DNA from: Minisyncoccota bacterium
Lineage (GTDB): Bacteria; Patescibacteriota; Minisyncoccia; Phycocordibacterales; XYD1-FULL-46-19
Direction of reading: 5' to 3'
DNA length: 64,000 nt
Assembly (NCBI GenBank): GCA_041657405.1
Contig: JBBABX010000002.1
Location: 42,726 to 106,725, forward strand
Part shown: piece by piece, positions 9,080-18,435 of the stretch
Layout: each line of letters opens with the position of its first letter
Position numbering within the stretch: the first letter of the stretch is position 1
Position numbers and translations under genes: made by a program
Notes under the pieces: model-generated
Told to the model about the DNA's origin: nothing
The model's input: the letters and a program-made list of their open reading frames with translations, nothing else
The model's database searches: none

Positions 9080-10981
9080 TTATTTGGTTTCCGCATCTCG
9101 AATATTGTCTTTTCCACCCTCTTCTGGATTCTTGCTGTCCTTTTCTTCTTTGGGGGCTTCTTGAGTTTGGTTTTTCATCATCGCTTCGCCGATTTTTTGT
9201 ATTTCGGTAGAAAGAGCACTCGTGGCATTTTTTATTGCTTCCAGATCATCACCGTCCTTCACTTTTTTCAGTTCAGCAATTTTATCTTCCACCATTTTTT
9301 TTGTTGTTTCTTCTATCTTGCCTTCAGCATCTTTTAATGATTTTTCAGCTGTGTAAGTAAGTTGTTCGGCAATGTTTTTAGTTTCTACTGCTTCACGTTT
9401 CTTTTTGTCTTCTTCGGCATGACCCTCGGCATCTTTTTTCATTCGTTCTACGTCTTCTTTAGACAAACTAGTCTTAGCTTCAATGCGAATAGACTGTTCT
9501 TTCCCTGTAGATTTTTCTTTGGCTTTGACTGATAAAATGCCGTTGGCATCAATATCAAAAGTCACTTCTACTTGAGGTAGGCCTCGAGGTGCTGGCGGAA
9601 TACCGTCTAAAATAAAGCGCCCAAGAGTTTTGTTGTCGACGGCCATTTCACGTTCACCTTGAACAACGTGAATTTCTACAGAAGTCTGATTGTCGGCGGC
9701 CGTAGAAAAAATTTGAGAACGAGAAGTTGGAATGGTCGTGTTTCGCTCAATCAATTTGGTAGCAATACCTCCCATTGTTTCAATGCCTAATGAGAGCGGG
9801 GTAACATCAAGCAAAAGCACATCTTTGACATCGCCTTGAAAAATTCCTCCTTGAATCGCGGCGCCAATAGCTACGACTTCGTCTGGGTTGATAGAACGAT
9901 TAGGCTCCTTATCAAACAAATTCTTAACCGCTTCTTGGATAGCTGGCATTCTAGTTTGCCCGCCAATTAAAATAATTTCATTGATATCCGTAGTTTGATA
10001 ACCAGAATCTTCCATCGCACGTTTGGTTATGTCAATAGAACGGTCAATAAATTCTTGAGCTAAATTTTCTAAAGTTGCTCTGGTCATGGTTTTGTTTAAA
10101 TGAACTGGACCAGAAGCGTCAGAAGTGATAAACGGAATGTTAATATCGGTTTGCATAGAAGTCGAAAGCTCAAGTTTGGCTTTTTCGGCAGCCTCCTTTA
10201 AACGTTGCAAGGCTAATTCATCATGACTAATATCTAAACCAGTCTCTTTTTTAAATTCTTCCGCAATCCAACGGATAATTTTTTGATCAATATCCTCACC
10301 GCCCATATGAGAATCTCCATCAGTTGCTTTGACTTGGATACTCTGTTCTTCTTCGCCGCCAATGATGTCTAAAACCGAGATGTCAAAAGTGCCTCCACCA
10401 AAATCATAAACAACAATTTTCTCATCCTTTTTTTTGTTTAAACCATAAGCCAAAGCCGCTGCTGTTGGCTCGTTAATAATTCGGCGAACCTTAAAACCAG
10501 CAATTTCACCAGCGTCCTTAGTTGCTTTGCGTTGCGAATCATCAAAATAAGCCGGAACTGTAATAACCGCCTCCTCAATCTTTTCTCCAAGTTTAGCCTC
10601 GGCATCATTTTTTATTTTTTGCAAAATCATTGCTGAAATTTCTTCAGGACGATGTTCTTTGTCACCCATTTTAACCAGGACTCCGCCGTCATCAGACTTA
10701 TTTATTTCAAAAGGAGAAATTTCTTTATCTCGTTGGACATTTAAATCTTCAAACTTATGGCCCATCAAACGTTTAATGCCAAAAATGGTATTTTTAGGAT
10801 TGGTGATTGCTTGTCTTTTGGCAACCAAACCAGCCAAACGTTCTCCCGCTTTAGAAATAGCCACAATTGACGGCGTGGTGCGTGCACCCTCTGCATTTTC
10901 GATAATTTTTGGTTGTCCACCTTCTATTACAGCGACGGCGGAATAAGTTGTTCCCAAATCAATTCCTATAATTTTTGCCAT
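9080..10981 (-). CDS. dnaK: molecular chaperone DnaK (Hsp70)
   Basis: [22 protein letters not shown] and the full Hsp70 NBD plus SBD architecture are present; 633 aa. Confidence 0.97.
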   Translation of the reverse strand: MAKIIGIDLGTTYSAVAVIEGGQPKIIENAEGARTTPSIVAISKAGERLAGLVAKRQAITNPKNTIFGIKRLMGHKFEDLNVQRDKEISPFEINKSDDGGVLVKMGDKEHRPEEISAMILQKIKNDAEAKLGEKIEEAVITVPAYFDDSQRKATKDAGEIAGFKVRRIINEPTAAALAYGLNKKKDEKIVVYDFGGGTFDISVLDIIGGEEEQSIQVKATDGDSHMGGEDIDQKIIRWIAEEFKKETGLDISHDELALQRLKEAAEKAKLELSTSMQTDINIPFITSDASGPVHLNKTMTRATLENLAQEFIDRSIDITKRAMEDSGYQTTDINEIILIGGQTRMPAIQEAVKNLFDKEPNRSINPDEVVAIGAAIQGGIFQGDVKDVLLLDVTPLSLGIETMGGIATKLIERNTTIPTSRSQIFSTAADNQTSVEIHVVQGEREMAVDNKTLGRFILDGIPPAPRGLPQVEVTFDIDANGILSVKAKEKSTGKEQSIRIEAKTSLSKEDVERMKKDAEGHAEEDKKKREAVETKNIAEQLTYTAEKSLKDAEGKIEETTKKMVEDKIAELKKVKDGDDLEAIKNATSALSTEIQKIGEAMMKNQTQEAPKEEKDSKNPEEGGKDNIRDAETK

Positions 10982-11043
10982 ATTTTTTATTTAGAATTAT
11001 TTATTTTTTAATAAAAATTATTTAATCGACTTTTTATCAATAG

Positions 11044-11682
11044 TTATGATTCTTTTGACCAATGCTTGACCTTTACTTGGGCAGGACGCAACACTTGATC
11101 TTTTATTTTATAACCTTTTTTTACAACTTCGTCAATAATATCATCTTCGTCTGGGGTTTGAGCAGGAACAATGGCAACCGAATGCTCTTCAAGAGGATTA
11201 AATTTGTTTCCTATTTCAGGGTATATTTCTTTAAGGTTGTGGTTTTGAAATATATTTTTTAATTGTTGGTAGATATATTCTACTCCCTTTCGCCAATTTT
11301 CTGGCGCTTGTTCCCAAATTTTTTTGTTTGCCATTGCCATTTCAAAACTGTCAGCTAAAAGTAAAAATTCTTCGAAAAGTCCTTCCTTGACCCATTGAAC
11401 GGTTTGGCTACGATTTTCTTCAGTTTCTTTCTTTAGGTTCAAATAATCGGCTTTGGCACGCTGCCAACCATCTAGATATTCTGAACGTTCCGTTTGACAA
11501 GTTTTTAGCTCCTCCCTCACTTTTTTGAGTTTTTTATCAAATTCTGTTGACCCTGGCCCTTGATTGTCCAAGTTTTCTTCTAAAATGATATCTTCAGAAT
11601 CAGTTTTTGATTCCCCTTCTTTTTTTCTTTTGTCCGTCTGTTTTGACATATGAATTAAAAAGCGTTTTTTTTGAAAAAACAC
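11044..11682 (-). CDS. grpE: nucleotide exchange factor GrpE (true start probably the ATG at 11649)
   Basis: A coiled-coil N-terminus is followed by a GrpE C-terminal beta domain. It sits immediately upstream of dnaK on the same strand. Confidence 0.85.
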   Translation of the reverse strand: MFFQKKRFLIHMSKQTDKRKKEGESKTDSEDIILEENLDNQGPGSTEFDKKLKKVREELKTCQTERSEYLDGWQRAKADYLNLKKETEENRSQTVQWVKEGLFEEFLLLADSFEMAMANKKIWEQAPENWRKGVEYIYQQLKNIFQNHNLKEIYPEIGNKFNPLEEHSVAIVPAQTPDEDDIIDEVVKKGYKIKDQVLRPAQVKVKHWSKES

Positions 11683-11776
11683 TAAAATTAAGTAAAATTA
11701 AACGGATAATTCGCCTATATTATAACTGGGTGAATGATTTTATGCAAACATCCGTTAAAAAAAGTAACCACTTTTT

Positions 11777-12181
11777 TTAACGTTTAGACCATTGAGGTGC
11801 CTTACGGGCTTTTTTGAGCCCAAATTTTCGACGTTCTTTTTCACGAGAGTCTCTGGTTAAGAGACCATTTTTCTTAATTTCAGATTTTGTTTTTTCATCG
11901 GTTTTAACAATTGCCCTCGCTAAACCAAGCCTAAAAGCTTCTGCTTGTGAAGAAATGCCACCACCAGTCAATTTAACGGAAATTAAATATTTATCTAAAT
12001 TCTTTATATTTTCCAGTTGGCTTTTCGCTCTCAATCTCAATTCTTGGGTTGGGAAATATTCTTCAAATGATTTATTGTTAATCTTAATTTCACCCTTGCC
12101 AGTATAAAGCCTGACTCTCGCGACAGAAGTTTTGCGACGACCAACTGCTTCTATATATTTATCTTTTGTTGCAATAGTCAT
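11777..12181 (-). CDS. rpsI: 30S ribosomal protein S9
   Basis: GRRKTSVARVRL... with a C-terminal ...KKARKAPQWSKR. Confidence 0.95.
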   Translation of the reverse strand: MTIATKDKYIEAVGRRKTSVARVRLYTGKGEIKINNKSFEEYFPTQELRLRAKSQLENIKNLDKYLISVKLTGGGISSQAEAFRLGLARAIVKTDEKTKSEIKKNGLLTRDSREKERRKFGLKKARKAPQWSKR

Positions 12182-12185
12182 AATC

Positions 12186-12539
12186 TTATTCAGTTATCGT
12201 TAAATTTTTCATTATTACATCTCGTAATTTATTGCTAGGCAACATCCCCTTGATTGCTCGGGAAAGAGCTTCACGATATCCCTTTTTTTCAATTACTCTA
12301 TTTAAAATCTCTTCCTTCATGCCTCCAGGGTAACCGCTATAGTGATGATAAACCTTGGTCTTTTTCTTTTTATCAGAAATATCCATTTGGCTGGCGTTGA
12401 TGATAGAAACTTTGATTTCGGGAGCAAGATGACGCTCAAACTTAGCGCTATTTTTATTGCGCAAAGCAACCGCTGCTTCTGAAGCGACGCGACCTAACGC
12501 TTTACCTGCTGCATCAATTGTGATTTCGTTGTTTTCCAT
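12186..12539 (-). CDS. rplM: 50S ribosomal protein L13
   Basis: The AAGKALGRVASEAAVALRNK pattern is present (L13 LGRLAS motif). It is adjacent to rpsI, as is typical. Confidence 0.9.
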   Translation of the reverse strand: MENNEITIDAAGKALGRVASEAAVALRNKNSAKFERHLAPEIKVSIINASQMDISDKKKKTKVYHHYSGYPGGMKEEILNRVIEKKGYREALSRAIKGMLPSNKLRDVIMKNLTITE

Positions 12540-12542
12540 ATT

Positions 12543-12926
12543 TTAGACAAATTCTATTATCGCCATTGAACTGCCGTCGCTAGTTCTCTTGGGCAACTTG
12601 GTAATTCGAGTATAACCGCCGGCGCGTTCAATATAACGCGGACCGATTTCTTTGAATAATTTATTAACACGAATTGGTGAACCAAGTTTTTGAGTAATTA
12701 ATTTACGATTAGCCACAGTGTCAACTTTAGCCTTAGTTACCAATTTTTCTATTAAACGCCTTGTTTCTTTAGCCTTAGTTTCGGTTGTTGTAATTTTTTC
12801 TCTAAGAATTAAATTAGACATCAAAGACCTAAGTAATGCTTGACGCACTCCTGTTTTTCGGCTAAATTTTTTTCCTGTTTTTTGATGTCTCATATCTTTA
12901 GATTCATTATTTAAGATTAATTCCAA
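12543..12926 (-). CDS. rplQ: 50S ribosomal protein L17
   Basis: MRHQKTGKKFSRKTGVRQALLRSL matches the L17 N-terminus. It follows rpoA. Confidence 0.9.
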   Translation of the reverse strand: MELILNNESKDMRHQKTGKKFSRKTGVRQALLRSLMSNLILREKITTTETKAKETRRLIEKLVTKAKVDTVANRKLITQKLGSPIRVNKLFKEIGPRYIERAGGYTRITKLPKRTSDGSSMAIIEFV

Positions 12927-13890
12927 GATTATCCAATATTTGTTTTATTTCTTGGATACCTTTATCTCCCAATCCGCTTATTTCTAATAAATCCGATTCT
13001 TTTTTTCTGGTTAGACCGCTAACGGTGCGGATACTAGCCCCTTTTAAAGCTTTAATTGTGCGGACAGACAAATCTAAATCTTCTATCTTTGTCTTAAGAA
13101 CGTCCTCATCAATATCGTTGCCAGAACGGTCTGATATATCATCCTGTTTGGGATCTTCATATAAATCGTCGCCTTTTTCGGTTATTTTTTCTTCCTCTTC
13201 AACAAAGCCTATAACAGCTTTTAGTTGGTCAATCATAATGCGGATGCTTTTTTCCATTGCGTCGCGAGGGGTAAGGGTGCCGTCGGTCTCAATGCTTAGG
13301 CGTAATTTGTTGAAGTCTGTTCGGTTGCCAACGCGCATATTTTCTACTTCATAACTAGCTTTGCGAATTGGAGTAAATGTTGCATCGACAGCAATAGTTC
13401 CAACCTCAACCTTATCTTTTTTTAAAATATCCTTAGGAACATAACCAAGGCCTTTTTCTAAGGTAATCTCAAGTATTAGTTCGGCACTTTTGTCGGTAAT
13501 GTTGGCAATTTCTTGATCTTTATTTATAATTTCTACTTGACCTGGCAATTCCAAATCAGCAGCAGTAATTATTTTGGGACCTTTAATATGCAATTTAACC
13601 ACTTGGCTTTCGTTGCCTATTACTTTAAATTTTACTCTCTTTAAATTGAGAATAATATTAATGACATCTTCTTTTACTCCATTGATGGTGGAAAACTCGT
13701 GGTCAACGCTGTTGATTTTCAATGAGGTAATTGAAAATCCAGGCAAAGACGACAAAATAATTCGTCGCAAAGAATTACCTAGGGTGTGACCATAACCCGG
13801 GTAAAGGCCTTCGATTTCATAAACGCCGCTGAATTCATCTTCAGCAATAATTCGCGGCTTTGAAGGTATGATGATGTTGAAATCTGGCAT
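12907..13890 (-). CDS. rpoA: DNA-directed RNA polymerase alpha subunit
   Basis: It has the N-terminal assembly domain (…LEITLEKGLGYVP…) plus an alpha-CTD. It sits in the rpsD-rpoA-rplQ arrangement. Confidence 0.95.
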   Translation of the reverse strand: MPDFNIIIPSKPRIIAEDEFSGVYEIEGLYPGYGHTLGNSLRRIILSSLPGFSITSLKINSVDHEFSTINGVKEDVINIILNLKRVKFKVIGNESQVVKLHIKGPKIITAADLELPGQVEIINKDQEIANITDKSAELILEITLEKGLGYVPKDILKKDKVEVGTIAVDATFTPIRKASYEVENMRVGNRTDFNKLRLSIETDGTLTPRDAMEKSIRIMIDQLKAVIGFVEEEEKITEKGDDLYEDPKQDDISDRSGNDIDEDVLKTKIEDLDLSVRTIKALKGASIRTVSGLTRKKESDLLEISGLGDKGIQEIKQILDNLGINLK

Positions 13891-13929
13891 AATTATTTAA
13901 GCTATTAAAAATTTAAAATGCTATTAAAA

Positions 13930-14544
13930 TTATCTACTATAGTATTCTAAGATTGACTCAAAATTGATAATCGTTTCAGCTTTACCAACAACTGGTTCCC
14001 CCTTGACTACCCCCTCACCTTTTTCAATGTCTAAAGATAACCATTCTGGCGTATTGTAATCTTTAATTTTTTCAGTAAGGTTTTGGAAAACACCATTATT
14101 TAAGCTTTGTGGTCTAATTTTTATTTTATCACCAACTTTAACTTGTAAAGATGGAACCCGAGTGCGACGGTTATTTACTAAAATATGACCATGCGAAACT
14201 AATTGTCTAGCCAAAGCACGAGATGAGGCTAATCCTAAGCGGAAAATAACATTATCAAGTCTATTTTCTAAAGTTTTAAACAAACTAGTGGCTCGATCAC
14301 TGCCTTTATGTTTTTTAACTCCTTCCACATATTTGGAAAATTGTCTTTCGGTTATTCCATAAGAAAAACGAGCTTTTTGTTTTTCTAAAAGTTGTAAAGC
14401 ATACTCAGAAGGAGCTCCTTTGGGTCGTTTGCCTGTGCGACGTTTTTTGTCAGGGCCAGAAATGGTAAATTTAGTAGTTTGGCATTTACCAAAAACCCGA
14501 TCACCAATTCGTCTGCAAATTTTATATTTTGGTCCGATTTTCAT
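13930..14544 (-). CDS. rpsD: 30S ribosomal protein S4
   Basis: MKIGPKYKICRRIGDRVFGK N-terminus and an S4 domain. Confidence 0.95.
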   Translation of the reverse strand: MKIGPKYKICRRIGDRVFGKCQTTKFTISGPDKKRRTGKRPKGAPSEYALQLLEKQKARFSYGITERQFSKYVEGVKKHKGSDRATSLFKTLENRLDNVIFRLGLASSRALARQLVSHGHILVNNRRTRVPSLQVKVGDKIKIRPQSLNNGVFQNLTEKIKDYNTPEWLSLDIEKGEGVVKGEPVVGKAETIINFESILEYYSR

Positions 14545-14562
14545 AATAATAATTTAAAAATT

Positions 14563-14991
14563 TTACACCCGACGCGGTTTTGGCGGTTTGGGTCCATTAA
14601 ATGGGATTGGTGTTCGATCTTTTATTGATAAAATATTGATACCTTTTCCAGAAAAAGCGCGCATTGCTGATTCTCGTCCAGCACCAACACCTTTGATAAT
14701 CACATCAATTTCTTTTAATCCCATTGCCAAGGCTCTATCAGCTAATAATTCTCCTACTTTACTGGCGGCAAAGGGAGTTCCTTTTTTAGAACCAGAAAAA
14801 CCAAGGGAACCACTAGAAGACCAAGCATAAACTTTGCCAGAGGGATCAGTCAAGAGCAATTTAGTGTTGTTATAGGTAGCTTCTACGTATAAAATTCCGC
14901 GATCTAACTTTTTCTTAGGCACTCTTTGGCTACTAGCACTACGGCCAGCATTAACTTGTCCTCCTTTTTTTATAATTCTTTTCTTTCCCAT
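14563..14991 (-). CDS. rpsK: 30S ribosomal protein S11
   Basis: GILYVEATYNNTKLLLTDPSGKVYAWSSSG matches the S11 core. Confidence 0.95.
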   Translation of the reverse strand: MGKKRIIKKGGQVNAGRSASSQRVPKKKLDRGILYVEATYNNTKLLLTDPSGKVYAWSSSGSLGFSGSKKGTPFAASKVGELLADRALAMGLKEIDVIIKGVGAGRESAMRAFSGKGINILSIKDRTPIPFNGPKPPKPRRV

Positions 14992-15004
14992 AACTCAATA
15001 ATTA

Positions 15005-15379
15005 TTATTTCTTTTCAACTTTACGTTTGCCCGAACCCATTGTCTTTTTCTTACCACGCAAAGTCCTAGCGTTAGTTTTGGTTCTTTGTCCGCGACAAGG
15101 CAAACCTCTTTGGTGTCTTGCTCCGCGGTAGCTTTTAATGTCACGTAAACGTTTAATGTTTGTGGACTTTTCTCTTTTAAGGTCTCCCTCTATTTTATAA
15201 ACTTCAATTAGCTTACGAATAACGTTTTCTTCTTCTTCAGTTAAGTCATCACTTTTTTTACCAAGATCAATTTTAGCTTCAGTTAAAATCTTTTGAGCTC
15301 TAGAAATACCAATGCCGTAAATAGCGGTTAAAGCGTATTCTATTCTTTTGTTTGGTAAAGTAATACCAGCGATTCTCAT
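15005..15379 (-). CDS. rpsM: 30S ribosomal protein S13
   Basis: [24 protein letters not shown] and a basic C-terminal tail. Confidence 0.95.
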   Translation of the reverse strand: MRIAGITLPNKRIEYALTAIYGIGISRAQKILTEAKIDLGKKSDDLTEEEENVIRKLIEVYKIEGDLKREKSTNIKRLRDIKSYRGARHQRGLPCRGQRTKTNARTLRGKKKTMGSGKRKVEKK

Positions 15380-15395
15380 ATCAAAATAAAATTAT

Positions 15396-15512
15396 TTAAG
15401 CTTGTTTTTGCTTATGGCGAGGTTTGCTTTTGCAAATAATGTAAAGATGGCCTCTTCTTTTGACCATTTTACATTGAGCACATCGTTTTTTAATTGTTGA
15501 CCTAACTTTCAT
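15396..15512 (-). CDS. rpmJ: 50S ribosomal protein L36 (38 aa; below the ORF-track length cutoff)
   Basis: I translated the minus strand by hand: [38 protein letters not shown]. This has the canonical C-x2-C...C...H zinc ribbon of L36 and sits between infA and rpsM as expected. Confidence 0.85.
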   Translation of the reverse strand: MKVRSTIKKRCAQCKMVKRRGHLYIICKSKPRHKQKQA

Positions 15513-15523
15513 TTTTTTATTAA

Positions 15524-15775
15524 TTAACCCCTCCTCACGATTCGTCCTCGATTCCCATAGGGATCCATTACTATTTGCACTTTGTCTCCAACCATAACTC
15601 TAATGCGATTAATCCGCATTTTCCCCGCCAAGTAGACTAAAATTTCTTTATTTGAATCGTTGTCTAACTTGACTTTAAAAAGAGTGTTTGGCAGAGCCTC
15701 TATAACAACCCCTGAAACAATCTCCTCCTTTGGGGATGAGTCACTTTCGGGGTTTTTTTTATTGTCTGTTTTCAT
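15524..15775 (-). CDS. infA: translation initiation factor IF-1 (with a short N-terminal extension)
   Basis: S1-like core ...[41 protein letters not shown]... Confidence 0.9.
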   Translation of the reverse strand: MKTDNKKNPESDSSPKEEIVSGVVIEALPNTLFKVKLDNDSNKEILVYLAGKMRINRIRVMVGDKVQIVMDPYGNRGRIVRRG

Positions 15776-15849
15776 TACTGAATTGACTTGAACATATTAA
15801 CAAATTTACACCTTAGAAGTCAAGGCTATTCGACTAATTTTGTTTTAAT

Positions 15850-18366
15850 TTACTCTACAATCTTTTTTTCGATCTTTATCTCTATTTTTGAATTGTCTTG
15901 AGGTACTTTTTTAATCCAAGGTGGTCGAAAAACAATATTTGCTTTAGTTATTTCCGAATATGAGGCAAAAACATTGTTATATTCATTTTTAGGAGTTTTT
16001 TTAAGATCTTCTTTTAGAGAATTTTCATCAAATTGCCAAATAACATAACCGATTCCTTGTAAATTAAAAGAAAATGAATTTAAATTTTCGGGATTTAAAT
16101 TTTCTTTATCTAATAAAGTAAAATTAAGTTCTTCTAAATTAACAACATCAACTTTGTCTTCCCCGGTCCATCCAGGAATGGCTTTGGCCAAATATTGGCT
16201 TAATTCAGCTTGATCAAACAAAATGCCGGTGGCGGTTATTTTGCCTCTAACGACCACCTTGTCTGAATCAACTTCTGTTGATGTAGCTATTTCAACAGAA
16301 AAACGAGTCAGGATAGCATCATCAAATAAAATATAATTTTCTGGAACCTGTTGTTTTATTTTTTGCACTATTTTTGCCTGCAGACTGCTTTTCATTGTTT
16401 CTTCTAAGGTAGACATATCATTTTCAGAAATTTTTGGTCTTTGCCCGACAAAACCACCACTAATTGGAGTTTTTGATTTGGCGATAATCTTGGCAAATTT
16501 TGGTGAACCAGTAAACCCAGGGATAGTAAAGTCAACTAAACCAAGATTGTGTTCCGGTCCGGCTTTATCAGCATAAACGGTTACTTCTAATTGTCCTGGC
16601 AAAGTCTCGCCGTTTTCTCCTTTGTGTGTACCCGGAATAGTTACCGGCTCAGCAATCCTATAAATATTGCCATTGGGCGCTTGGAAACGAGTTTTTTCTA
16701 CTAAGGGTTGAGAATTTGAACTATAATTATTTATTATTACAATTTGGCCACTAGCTTTTATGGCGACATTCTCGCTTCCTGACGCAGTTACCGAGGTTGA
16801 CTCTGATTCCTCAATATTTTCAGCTAAAACAAAATTTAAACCATTTTCTCCTTCTTTGGTGGCAATATAAGTATTAGAAACATCTAATTGTCCTTGTTTT
16901 GGTTGAATATTTACAATTGCTTTCGCAAAAATATTAGAAAAAACAAAACCGCCAATACTTATAACTAAAATTACAGACAATAAAATTAGCAGGCCACCCA
17001 AACGGAAACAATGTTTGGTTTTTGTTCTTGTTGTATTTAAAGATGGCATCGACTCTTTAGATTCTATTTTAGTTTTTTTGCCTCCAACTTCTGGAAATAT
17101 TTCACGAAGACTTTTTTTGTTTTTTACAATATCTTGCATGTTTTTTAAAGTATTAATAAAATAAAAATTACTTGGATTTTCATTTAGTTTATCACAAAAT
17201 AGCGCTTCGGCCAAAACAAAGGTGTTGGTAATCTGGCCAGGGCTATTTATAGGTTCATATGTTAGCATTTTTTTGTCAATGAAGCCAACAGAAAGATAAT
17301 TTCTGGGAGAAAGCAGGAAGTCTGAAAGATTAGTTTTTTTGATCCAATTGGCTAATAAAAAATCTGAGTCATCATAACCGATAAGATAAACGCGTTCAGG
17401 AATAAAAACTGTTTCGGCGATTTGATCAATGGTTTTTTGAAATAAATTTGACCAACTGATAAAAATTTTCTCTAAAGCTTGATTGGCACGAGTAGTCGCA
17501 ATTTGGCTAGTTTTTTTACCCATTACTAATTTCAGAAGTGATTCAGCTTCGGCTGGCACGGTTCCAGAAAGTTCGGCTAATTTTTTTATAATTTGACGAT
17601 GTCCAAAAGGAAAAGTGCGATGTTCAATCAAAATACCATCAACAATCACCATTATATCAGTAATATCCCCCGCGCTGTCTATTAACAAAAAATCTTTTTC
17701 ATTTGCTAGAAGTTTTTTAAAAATAGAGTAAGCGGTATAAGTAAAAGATTGGAATCGAACAGAAGTTTCGGGAAAAAAATTTTCTATAACATTTTTTAAA
17801 TAACCCAAAAGAGAAGCTGAGCCAATACTTAGATATTGATTGATTTCTATGTTATTAGCAATTTGGCCAGAAATCTTATCAATTTTATAACCATCTAAGA
17901 TTACAGACATGATTTCATTTTCTATAATGACAGAATAATCGTTTAAGATTTCAGGATAAAGGGAAGGGTGTCTTGTTATAAAATCTTTTGCTGTTTTTTG
18001 GCTAAGTTCATAAATTTTTTGGGGAGTAACGGAAGTCTTTTTATCTGAATGCCAAACAATATTTTTTGTTTGAGTTATAAAATAAGGCGATGATAAAAAA
18101 CAAAAAACCACTTCGGGTTTATAAGAATTATCTTTTAATGTTTTTAAAACTTTTTCTAATCCTTGATTAATTTCTTTGAAATAATCTTTAAAAGTTGTTG
18201 ATTTTTGCGGAGATAGATAAATTTGAGTAAAAAATAAAATACTAGAAGAAATACTGAATTTATTCTTCTGACCAGCTTTAAAAATAGCACCACTAATTTG
18301 ATCACTACCAATATCAATAAGTGCAACCAAATTATTCCCCCTTTTTTTGCGTGACAAAAAAGACAT
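15850..18366 (-). CDS. large bitopic protein: N-terminal actin-like (ASKHA; FtsA/PilM-like) ATPase-fold domain, single TM helix, ~350-aa extracytoplasmic domain
   Basis: The N-terminus has LVALIDIGSDQISGAIF (phosphate-1-like) and a second DxG-type motif (LLIDSAGDITDIMVIVDGIL). A hydrophobic segment follows at about aa 455-480 (LGGLLILLSVILVISIGGFVFSNIF). The rest is a beta-rich, Thr/Asn-containing C-terminal region. Confidence 0.5.
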   Translation of the reverse strand: MSFLSRKKRGNNLVALIDIGSDQISGAIFKAGQKNKFSISSSILFFTQIYLSPQKSTTFKDYFKEINQGLEKVLKTLKDNSYKPEVVFCFLSSPYFITQTKNIVWHSDKKTSVTPQKIYELSQKTAKDFITRHPSLYPEILNDYSVIIENEIMSVILDGYKIDKISGQIANNIEINQYLSIGSASLLGYLKNVIENFFPETSVRFQSFTYTAYSIFKKLLANEKDFLLIDSAGDITDIMVIVDGILIEHRTFPFGHRQIIKKLAELSGTVPAEAESLLKLVMGKKTSQIATTRANQALEKIFISWSNLFQKTIDQIAETVFIPERVYLIGYDDSDFLLANWIKKTNLSDFLLSPRNYLSVGFIDKKMLTYEPINSPGQITNTFVLAEALFCDKLNENPSNFYFINTLKNMQDIVKNKKSLREIFPEVGGKKTKIESKESMPSLNTTRTKTKHCFRLGGLLILLSVILVISIGGFVFSNIFAKAIVNIQPKQGQLDVSNTYIATKEGENGLNFVLAENIEESESTSVTASGSENVAIKASGQIVIINNYSSNSQPLVEKTRFQAPNGNIYRIAEPVTIPGTHKGENGETLPGQLEVTVYADKAGPEHNLGLVDFTIPGFTGSPKFAKIIAKSKTPISGGFVGQRPKISENDMSTLEETMKSSLQAKIVQKIKQQVPENYILFDDAILTRFSVEIATSTEVDSDKVVVRGKITATGILFDQAELSQYLAKAIPGWTGEDKVDVVNLEELNFTLLDKENLNPENLNSFSFNLQGIGYVIWQFDENSLKEDLKKTPKNEYNNVFASYSEITKANIVFRPPWIKKVPQDNSKIEIKIEKKIVE

Positions 18367-18435
18367 TGTTTAATTTATTATATTATAGAATTGCAAGAGA
18401 AAAAAAGAAAGAGTATTTGCTTGTATCTGAGTTTT

